Below, in pieces: positions 18,002 to 24,696 of a stretch of DNA of 32,000 bases. Position numbers and translations under genes: made by a program. Under the pieces are notes generated by a model. It saw nothing but the letters and a program-made list of their open reading frames with translations, was not told the DNA's origin and did not search any database. The stretch is from Bellilinea caldifistulae (GTDB taxonomy: Bacteria; Chloroflexota; Anaerolineae; Anaerolineales; Anaerolineaceae). How positions within the stretch are numbered: the stretch's first letter is position 1; the number at the start of each line of letters is the position of its first letter. Where the stretch lies: assembly GCF_001306055.1 (NCBI RefSeq), contig NZ_LGHJ01000022.1, positions 11,585-43,584 on the forward strand, in the 5' to 3' direction.

Positions 18002-18486
18002 AGTTCGCTGCCTGCCTCACCTTTGAAAGGGCCAATCAGGTTCGAAGTAATCCAACCGCCATAAAAATTTCCGGGCTGCGGTTTTACCAGTTCTCCTTCA
18101 ACAAAACATTGATCCATCCATTGCGGATAAAAAGCAATATGGCGGGCTATGGAGGAATAAGGCGGGGTTGGATTGGGATAGTACCAGGCTGCGTTGCTGG
18201 CAATTTTTCCGGGGGTTTTGATGCTGTAATATGCTGCCTGTCCTTTCCATTCGCAAAAAGAGCGACGTGTTGAGGGAATCAGGCACTCCATTAATACGTC
18301 TTCTGGAGGGAAGTAATAAACCGGCGGATGACTTGTTTCCAGAACTCGGAACGCTCGTCTGGTTTCTGCCAGTTTGATCCCGTCAAAGTAGATTAGCAAA
18401 TGAAGGTCGGTTGGTTCTACTAATGGCGGACGGGGATAGTCCCATACCGATTCGGGTTTGAGATGAAATTGATTATTTTGGTTCAT
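17995..18486 (-). CDS. DUF427 domain protein
   Basis: WDYPRPPLVEPTDLHLLIYFDGIKLAETRRAFRVLETSHPPVYYFPPEDV...CEWKGQAAYY is the DUF427 pattern as I remember it. I prefer the ATG at 18486. The track ORF extends to 18519 only by reading the A-run as Lys codons. Confidence 0.8.
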   Translation of the reverse strand: MNQNNQFHLKPESVWDYPRPPLVEPTDLHLLIYFDGIKLAETRRAFRVLETSHPPVYYFPPEDVLMECLIPSTRRSFCEWKGQAAYYSIKTPGKIASNAAWYYPNPTPPYSSIARHIAFYPQWMDQCFVEGELVKPQPGNFYGGWITSNLIGPFKGEAGSELW

Positions 18487-18508
18487 TTTTTTTTTTTTTT
18501 TTTTTTTT
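18486..18508. repeat. 23-nt homopolymer (T23 on +, A23 on -) ending in the A of the DUF427 ATG
   Basis: I counted it directly: T from 18486 to 18508, flanked by ca (18484-18485) and c (18509). Confidence 0.95.
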
Positions 18509-18523
18509 CTAAATTTCATTTCA

Positions 18524-18551
18524 ATTTTAAGTCCGATTAAGTTCCTGTCAA
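18524..18551 (-). promoter_or_regulatory. candidate promoter for the DUF427-opu operon (TTGACA-16 nt-TAAAAT)
   Basis: On the minus strand, TTGACA (18551-18546) is followed by a 16-nt spacer and TAAAAT (18529-18524). The predicted TSS is about 18519-18516, just upstream of the A-run. Confidence 0.45.
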
Positions 18552-18652
18552 ACTATTGTATAAGAAAATTATAACTTGCCTGATCTTACTTATTGATAAA
18601 TTTTACAAATATAGTAATATAAATGAAAATCATTATAATTTGGAGATTCTTA

Positions 18653-20545
18653 ATGAAAAACAGTTGGGGTAAAAAATTTCAGTATTATTTTGATTATTTA
18701 TTTTCTCTTGGCCCGGGGGTGCTGATCGCAGCCCTAGCCTTGTTCACAGTCGTACTATCGCTGATCGCTACGCTGATTCTGGTGGTAAGCCGATTATCGC
18801 CAGGGGGTGAGCCGCCATTCGATTTCATTGAAGGACTGTGGTTCACTTTTCTCGCCAATTTAGGTGAGGGTTCAGTGGCGGGGAGAGAATCAGTTTGGAC
18901 ATTCCGGTTTATAACATTAGGATTAACTCTGGCAAGTATTTTCATTGTATCAAACTTAATTGGCATCATCTCCAATGCCATAAGCCAGAAAATTGAAAAT
19001 TTACGGCGAGGAAAATCTGCCGTGATTGAAAGTGATCATACCGTGGTTCTGGGTTGGTCTGAACAGGTTTTTACGATAATTCCACAATTATTTATTGCTC
19101 AGGAGGGGAAGAAAAACCGGAAAATTGTCCTGTTGGGTAATCAGGATAAAGTTGAAATGGAAGATCAACTTCGCAATCGAATTGGATCGGAGGCTATTGA
19201 AAAGGTAGTTTGCCGGAGCGGTAGTCCAATCGAAATGAGTGATCTCGAATTGACCAATCTTAACGAGGCGAGTGGTATTCTGATCCTTACACCAGAGGGC
19301 GAAAACCCCGACGCAGAAGTAATCAAGTCGGTACTTGCAATTACCAAAGGTCACGATCGAAAAGGCCGACCGTATAAAATTATTGCTTCTCTGAAAGAAA
19401 AACAGAACCGGGCATTGGGTAAGATTGTTGGAGGGGAAGAAGTTGAGTGGATATTTTCCGGTCAGGTAATCGCCCGGCTGCTGGCGCAGAGTTGCAATCA
19501 ACCTGGTCTGTCGGTGGTTTACTCGGAATTGCTGGATTTTACTGGCGATGAGATTTATTTTGTCGAAGATGCCATTTTGATTGGAAGGACATACCGGGAG
19601 GCATTAAGCACCTATCAAAAAGGGGTGGTAATAGGTTTACAAAAAGGCGAGAATGTCACTCTGAACCCCGCAATGGAATCAATTATCCGCCCTGCAGATC
19701 AATTGATTGTCATTGCCTCGGATGAGCATGGTTTGATCCGGGGTGAACGTGCCGCAACGCGCGATGAGTGGATAATCTCGAATCACACCCCTCCAAAAAA
19801 CAGCGAAAATGTGATCATTTTAGGGTGGAGCGAAAGAGGAAATGAATTATTACGCGAGTTAAATAATTATTTTCAACCAAAATCGAAGGTCTGTATCGTT
19901 ACCGATAAATTCGATTTACGTCCGGAACTTGAAGAAATTTCTTCCGAATTGAAAAATCTGAAAATCAGTTTTGAAAGAAAATCAATTCTTGACCGGAATG
20001 AACTGGAGATGCTGAAACTGCATAAATACAATCATATCATTTTACTGAGTAACGATGATCAAACTTTGAGCATTCAGCAGATTGATTCCAACACCTTGTT
20101 TACGTTGCTACATGTGCGTCACATCATCGAAGCCACACAGGCCAAACCCTCCATTGCGACCGAAATTTTAGACAGCCGAAACAGCCGACTTGCCGAGGTG
20201 GCAAAAGCGGATGATTTTATCGTGAGCGATCGGTTAATTAGCTTGATGATGGCTCAAATTGTAGCAGATCGGCGCAGAAATGCCGTTTATGAAGACCTGT
20301 TCAATCCTCAGGGCTCGGAAATCTATCTGAAACCGGCATGTCAATATGTTAAGACCGGGGTTGCTGTCAACTTTTATACAATTCTGGAAGCGGCTTCACG
20401 AAAGGGAGAAACCGCAATTGGTTATCGGTTGTCTTCGCTTTCCGAAGATGTGAAAAGATCTTTTGGAGTGAAGATTAATCCCGATAAGCGTGAAGAAGTG
20501 GTTTTCACCGAAAAGGATAAAATCATTGTATTGGCCGAAAAATAG
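18653..20545 (+). CDS. CASTOR/POLLUX-like putative ion channel with two RCK-like domains
   Basis: An N-terminal TM / pore-like / TM region is followed by two LGWS-type Rossmann starts (HTVVLGWSEQVF and VIILGWSERGNELL), as in CASTOR/POLLUX/DMI1 homologues. There is no TVGYG K+ filter. GGAG lies 8 nt before ATG 18653. Confidence 0.55.
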   Translation: MKNSWGKKFQYYFDYLFSLGPGVLIAALALFTVVLSLIATLILVVSRLSPGGEPPFDFIEGLWFTFLANLGEGSVAGRESVWTFRFITLGLTLASIFIVSNLIGIISNAISQKIENLRRGKSAVIESDHTVVLGWSEQVFTIIPQLFIAQEGKKNRKIVLLGNQDKVEMEDQLRNRIGSEAIEKVVCRSGSPIEMSDLELTNLNEASGILILTPEGENPDAEVIKSVLAITKGHDRKGRPYKIIASLKEKQNRALGKIVGGEEVEWIFSGQVIARLLAQSCNQPGLSVVYSELLDFTGDEIYFVEDAILIGRTYREALSTYQKGVVIGLQKGENVTLNPAMESIIRPADQLIVIASDEHGLIRGERAATRDEWIISNHTPPKNSENVIILGWSERGNELLRELNNYFQPKSKVCIVTDKFDLRPELEEISSELKNLKISFERKSILDRNELEMLKLHKYNHIILLSNDDQTLSIQQIDSNTLFTLLHVRHIIEATQAKPSIATEILDSRNSRLAEVAKADDFIVSDRLISLMMAQIVADRRRNAVYEDLFNPQGSEIYLKPACQYVKTGVAVNFYTILEAASRKGETAIGYRLSSLSEDVKRSFGVKINPDKREEVVFTEKDKIIVLAEK

Positions 20546-20691
20546 AGTAAGAATATTAAGGCTGGAAATGGATTGAATCCTGCACTTTAGAGGTGGGATT
20601 CAGGATTATATTGGTTATCCAAAGCACCAATAATTAAAAATATTCTGTGCTAACATTGTAAGAAAGCAAATTTCTTGCTGTGCATTCGATC

Positions 20692-22587
20692 ATGTCCGAC
20701 TCTGTTGACCGGGATATTCTGCTTCGTGAGCCGGGTAATGTAGAGGAGATGATTTCCTCTGCGTTGCAGCGGGCTTTAACATTGCGCTATCAAAATCCTT
20801 CACAAGCCCTGGAAATTCTGGAAACCACTCATCGGCGGCTGGAAAAATTCCCGGCGGCAACGGATGATGAGCTCAAACAAATTGCTGATTGTCAGCACGA
20901 ACTGGGAAAACTGTACTGGCAGATGGGGCATTTTGACCAGGCAATTTCCATTCTGCAACAGGCACAATCTATCTACGAAAAAGTTGATCACAAAAAACAA
21001 CTGGCCTGGATTTATGCAGTACTGGGACAGGTATATCTACATTTATCCAGTTTTGTAAATGCGCTCCAGTACACATTAAGCGGTCTGGAACTGGCTCAGG
21101 AAATTGGTGATCGCGCCGTTGAAGGTCAGTTGTTGATTAATTTAGGCAGCGTATACATTCAAAGAGAAGAGTTCACTCGTGCTCTCCCTTATATTCTTCG
21201 TGCTTCAAAAGATGCCGAGATCAGTCAGGATCTGTACATACAGGCAGAGGCTTTAGAAAAGTCCTGCCTGGTTTACAGTGGTCTTGGAAATGCCGGGATG
21301 GCACTGAGTGCCGGGATTAAGAGTCTCAATTTATTTGTAGACATTCAGGAGAAATGGGGAGAAGCCAGAACGCTCAATTCTTTAGGGCGGGCATATCAGA
21401 TTATGAAAGATTATCCGAAGGCGCTGGAGTGTTTTGAGGATGCGCTCAATCTCAGCCGGAAAATATCCTCGCCTTTTGAAAGCGTAGTATCCCTAATTCG
21501 AATTGGGCAGGTCTACGCCGAACAAGAGCTTCCCGGTCAGGCGCTGGAACCGCTGCACGAAGCGTTGCAAGTCAGCGAGAAGATTCAATCGCGAGGACAG
21601 CAGGTACAATGTCACCAGCTGCTTTCTTCAGTGTACCGTCAAGCCGTCCAGTTCCAACGGGCGCTGGCTCACTATGAGCGCTTCCACGAAATCAAAGAAC
21701 AGGTCTTCAACGACGAATCAGAAACCAAGTTAAAGAACCTGGAAGTTGTCTATCAGGTTGAAGAAGCTCGACGAGAGGCTGAAAGAGAACAATTAAAAAA
21801 TATTGCTCTTGAGCAAGAAATTCAGGAACGTATTCAGGCTCAGCGCGCATTGCAAGCCGCCAATGAACAATTGCAGAAAGAAATTGCCATTCGCGAGCAA
21901 TTGATCGGTGACTTGAATGCGTTTGCCCGGATGGTCGCCCATGACTTAAAAGCCCCTCTGCAAAATCAGGCGATTTTGACTCACATTCTGGAATTGAAAC
22001 TCAAAGCGATTAATGCCCCGGAAGAAATTTTACAACTCAATGGACAGTTGCAGCGAATTGTGCAGAAACAAGCCGAGATCATTCAAGAACTGCTGACGCT
22101 GGCGAGTTTACGCAGTCAGGAAATTGTACTGGTCCCTTTGGATATGAAGAAAGTAATCGAAGAAGTTTTGAATCGTTTGAATTTCGTGATCGAGGATCAC
22201 GGAGCACAAATCAGTATCCCCAACCAATGGCCAGTGGCGTTGGGACATGCCCCCTGGGTTGAAGAAGTGTGGGCAAATTACATTACTAACGCAATCAAAT
22301 ATGGAGGAACACCGCCGCTGGTACAGTTAGGGGCTTACAAGGAGGAAGACGGTTTTGTCCGGTTCTGGATTCAGGATAATGGGGATGGGATCAGCCCGGA
22401 GAATCAGGGGCGACTGTTTCAAGATTTTAGCCGGGTTGGTCAAGGGCGCGCCGAAGGTCATGGTTTGGGGCTATCCATTGTAGCCCGAATTGTTGAAAAA
22501 ATGGGGGGGAAAGTTGGGGTCGACAGCCGCGGTCGTCCCGGTGAGGGAAGTCGTTTCTGGTTTACGCTGCGGGCAGTTGAGGAATAA
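20692..22587 (+). CDS. TPR-repeat cytoplasmic sensor histidine kinase
   Basis: About 330 aa of TPR-like repeats (LGKLYWQMGHFDQAI, LGRAYQIMKDYPKALECFEDAL) are followed by a coiled coil. The H-box is FARMVAHDLKAPLQ. The HATPase motifs are NAIKYG, DNGDGI and GHGLGLSI. No TM segment is present. Confidence 0.85.
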   Translation: MSDSVDRDILLREPGNVEEMISSALQRALTLRYQNPSQALEILETTHRRLEKFPAATDDELKQIADCQHELGKLYWQMGHFDQAISILQQAQSIYEKVDHKKQLAWIYAVLGQVYLHLSSFVNALQYTLSGLELAQEIGDRAVEGQLLINLGSVYIQREEFTRALPYILRASKDAEISQDLYIQAEALEKSCLVYSGLGNAGMALSAGIKSLNLFVDIQEKWGEARTLNSLGRAYQIMKDYPKALECFEDALNLSRKISSPFESVVSLIRIGQVYAEQELPGQALEPLHEALQVSEKIQSRGQQVQCHQLLSSVYRQAVQFQRALAHYERFHEIKEQVFNDESETKLKNLEVVYQVEEARREAEREQLKNIALEQEIQERIQAQRALQAANEQLQKEIAIREQLIGDLNAFARMVAHDLKAPLQNQAILTHILELKLKAINAPEEILQLNGQLQRIVQKQAEIIQELLTLASLRSQEIVLVPLDMKKVIEEVLNRLNFVIEDHGAQISIPNQWPVALGHAPWVEEVWANYITNAIKYGGTPPLVQLGAYKEEDGFVRFWIQDNGDGISPENQGRLFQDFSRVGQGRAEGHGLGLSIVARIVEKMGGKVGVDSRGRPGEGSRFWFTLRAVEE

Positions 22588-22737
22588 ACCGAACAGAATT
22601 GAATTGTAAAGTGTTTGAAAGGTTTTTCCTATAAAGATTTAATCAATTCGACCTATATATAAAATAGAGCACCTGGATTAGGGTAACAGCGGTTTCAGGC
22701 TTATCAATTCAGGTAACCATTTTGAACCGTATTTAAA

Positions 22738-22833
22738 TCCGTAACGACAAAGGCAAACCCGGCGAAAGCCGGCGACGCAAAGCTATGGGTCTAAGGGCTG
22801 TATGCCTATGACTGCCAGGCCGCCGAAAACGCG
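22738..22833 (+). promoter_or_regulatory. c-di-GMP-I (GEMM-I) riboswitch aptamer
   Basis: The sequence is ACAAAGGCAAACC-CGGC-GAAA-GCCG-GCGACGCAAAGC-UAUGGGUCUAAGG...GCCGCCGAAAA. It parallels V. cholerae Vc2 (CACAGGGCAAACC-AUUC-GAAA-GAGU-GGGACGCAAAGCC...CCUAA...GGUUACCGA). The shared parts are a GNRA-capped P1 hairpin, the GACGCAAAGC core, receptor-like UAUGG/CUAAG and the 3' CCGAA. Confidence 0.8.
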
Positions 22834-22850
22834 ATTCCATGCATCCAATT

Positions 22851-22880
22851 ACAGGCAGGGGAATCCTGCTGTATTTATTT
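22851..22880 (+). terminator. candidate expression-platform hairpin plus U-rich tract
   Basis: ACAG(G)CAGG-GGAAU-CCUGCUGU is an 8-bp stem with one bulge, followed by AUUUAUUU. A second small hairpin, CCUUU-GUCAG-AAAGG (22911-22925), could occlude the AAAGGG SD. Confidence 0.4.
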
Positions 22881-22932
22881 AAATTGGCTGTAGTCGGTTT
22901 TTACCGGGCGCCTTTGTCAGAAAGGGTTGGAC

Positions 22933-23595
22933 ATGAGGCGCTCGGTTGTTTATATTCTGCTGTTGACGGGGTTGTTGTGGATGGGGGCAGCGGGTTTATC
23001 TCATCCCCAAACAGTATCTGCTGATTCTGGCGGTTTTCAGGTGTTCCTGCCTCTTTTGACAAACGGAGGTACGAATAATTCAAACTCCGAGCAAGAGGTT
23101 GGCTTTCCAACTTTGACTCAATTTGCAGATACGGTGAAGAATGGTGCAAATCAAATTGCGGGTTTATATGTTGAAAAACTGCTGGCAAAACCGGTCGTTC
23201 AGCAGCCACAAGGGAATTATGAATATATCTCGAACGATCCAGACACCATTACGCAATTTATGCTAACTACACCGGAGGTTGTGGGTCTATTGGCGCACAA
23301 TCACCTGGCGGGTAAGTTCTTTTTTGAGATTCAGCCGGGAGCGCGGCTTTTTCTGGTAAATGGCGTGGGAGAGGTGACGGAATTTGAAGTTGTTGAAGTC
23401 CATTCCTATCAAGTGCTCAAATCTGTGGGGGGCTCCAAATATCAGGATCTCTCAACTGCGGAGATCATTGATACCGGCCAGTTGTTTGCAAAGTTTTACA
23501 TGGGAGACGCTCATCTTACCCTTCAAACCTGTATTTCGAAAGACGGTGATCCGAGTTGGGGACGGCTGTTTATTTATGCCGTTCCAGTAAATTGA
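22933..23595 (+). CDS. secreted/membrane-anchored sortase-like transpeptidase (class E/F-like)
   Basis: The N-terminal anchor is VVYILLLTGLLWMGAAG. It has the ordered triad motifs of sortases: VGLLAHNHLAG (His), HLTLQTC (TLxTC Cys) and WGRLFIYAV (Arg). ATG 22933 is preceded by AAAGGG. The track starts the ORF at TTG 22927. Confidence 0.6.
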   Translation: MRRSVVYILLLTGLLWMGAAGLSHPQTVSADSGGFQVFLPLLTNGGTNNSNSEQEVGFPTLTQFADTVKNGANQIAGLYVEKLLAKPVVQQPQGNYEYISNDPDTITQFMLTTPEVVGLLAHNHLAGKFFFEIQPGARLFLVNGVGEVTEFEVVEVHSYQVLKSVGGSKYQDLSTAEIIDTGQLFAKFYMGDAHLTLQTCISKDGDPSWGRLFIYAVPVN

Positions 23596-23636
23596 ATGTA
23601 TACTTAACGGGTATCCTGTCGTTTGGAGCGGTCTTA

Positions 23637-24104
23637 ATGTATTTTTATGCCATCGAAAGCCCAATTGGGGCAATCTTGTTGTCGTCAGATGGCGATTTCC
23701 TGCGGGGACTGTCCTTTTATCCGTTTGATTTGCCCTTTGAAAGCAATCAGGATTTACCCATCTTCAAAGAAACCCGGCAACAACTGGCAGCCTACTTCGC
23801 AGGGGAATTGAGATCGTTTGATTTGCCGATTCACCTGGAAGGCAGGCCGTTTCAATTGAAGGTTTGGCGGGAACTGCTGAAAATTCCATACGGAGTAACC
23901 ATATCCTACAAACAATTAGCCGAACGGGTGGGGGATGTGAAATCAATTCGAGCGGTGGGTAGAGCCAATGGACAAAACCCCATCCCAATTATTGTGCCTT
24001 GCCATCGGGTCATCGGAACAAATGGCGGCTTGATTGGTTATGGGGGCGGAATAGAGAAGAAGCTGTACCTGTTAAAGTTGGAAAAAAGTCTATTGTTTGA
24101 TTGA
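23637..24104 (+). CDS. ogt: methylated-DNA--protein-cysteine methyltransferase
   Basis: The active site PCHRVIG is present, along with VWRELLKIPYGVTISYKQLA and GYGGGIEKKLYLLKLE. GGAG lies 8 nt upstream of ATG 23637. The track ORF begins at 23556, inside the previous gene. Confidence 0.9.
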   Translation: MYFYAIESPIGAILLSSDGDFLRGLSFYPFDLPFESNQDLPIFKETRQQLAAYFAGELRSFDLPIHLEGRPFQLKVWRELLKIPYGVTISYKQLAERVGDVKSIRAVGRANGQNPIPIIVPCHRVIGTNGGLIGYGGGIEKKLYLLKLEKSLLFD

Positions 24105-24190
24105 TTTTCGAACTCATGACAATCAACCTTTGGGTTAGTGATTAATAACACTAATCCAAACCATGCTGTTTCGATACAATACACATGGTT

Positions 24191-24209
24191 ATTGCAAATA
24201 ATTTGCAAT
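24191..24209. promoter_or_regulatory. perfect 9-1-9 inverted repeat ATTGCAAAT-A-ATTTGCAAT, a candidate Fur-family operator
   Basis: I read it directly from the sequence. It lies 22 nt upstream of the fur-family ATG and has the same 9-1-9 architecture as a classical Fur box. A second inverted repeat, TTAGTG-N8-CACTAA, lies at 24135-24154. Confidence 0.5.
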
Positions 24210-24231
24210 AAAACAGAAAGAGGATTGTTTA

Positions 24232-24678
24232 ATGGAATTTGACCTCGTAAATGCTGCGGAGTCGCAAATTCATGCGTTGGGCGGCAGAATGACCACCCAA
24301 AGACGAATGATTTTGCAGGCATTGATCGAATGTGCGGATCATCCCACAGCAGAGGAAATTTACCAAAAGGTTCGGGAAAAAAATCCGGGGTTGAACCTTT
24401 CTACCGTTTACCGGACTTTACGTTGGCTTGAGCAGCATGGGCTGGTTAACACTCGCCGTTTTGATGATGATCCGCGCCTGGAACGATTCGACCCGGTTGT
24501 CGAGGAAGGAGAAGACCACTTTCATTTTCGGTGCAGGAAATGCAACCAAATTACCGAATTTGATACACCGCTCATCGAAGTGGTGAAAGCCCAGTTTGTG
24601 GATTGTTTTGGCGGGAAAGTTGAAAATGCCACGCTGGTTTTTTACGGTTTATGTTCAGAATGTTCAAAAACGACTTAA
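24232..24678 (+). CDS. Fur family transcriptional regulator
   Basis: MTTQRRMILQALIE...HPTAEEIYQKV...LSTVYRTLRWLEQHGLV is a winged helix, and HFHFRCRKCNQ...CSEC provides the CxxC pairs. Confidence 0.85.
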   Translation: MEFDLVNAAESQIHALGGRMTTQRRMILQALIECADHPTAEEIYQKVREKNPGLNLSTVYRTLRWLEQHGLVNTRRFDDDPRLERFDPVVEEGEDHFHFRCRKCNQITEFDTPLIEVVKAQFVDCFGGKVENATLVFYGLCSECSKTT

Positions 24679-24696
24679 TCCGGTTTTGAGGTGTAT

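Noticed and set aside
18487-18519. N-terminal extension MKFRKKKKKKK of the DUF427 ORF as the true start
   Set aside because: The extension exists only because the A23 homopolymer is read as AAA codons. The DUF427 homology begins after the internal ATG at 18486. I kept it as a possible minor isoform in a finding, not as the annotated start.
23047-23067. LPLLTNG in the sortase-like protein resembling an LPXTG sorting signal
   Set aside because: It does not fit LPXTG (there is an extra residue and N instead of G). It lies near the N-terminus just after the signal anchor, not at the C-terminus before a hydrophobic tail and positive charges.
24098-24128. TTGATTG-N16-CAATCAA inverted repeat at the ogt stop as a terminator
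   Set aside because: The stem is 7 bp and AT-rich, the loop is 16 nt, and there is no T tract. It is not convincing as a terminator or as an operator.
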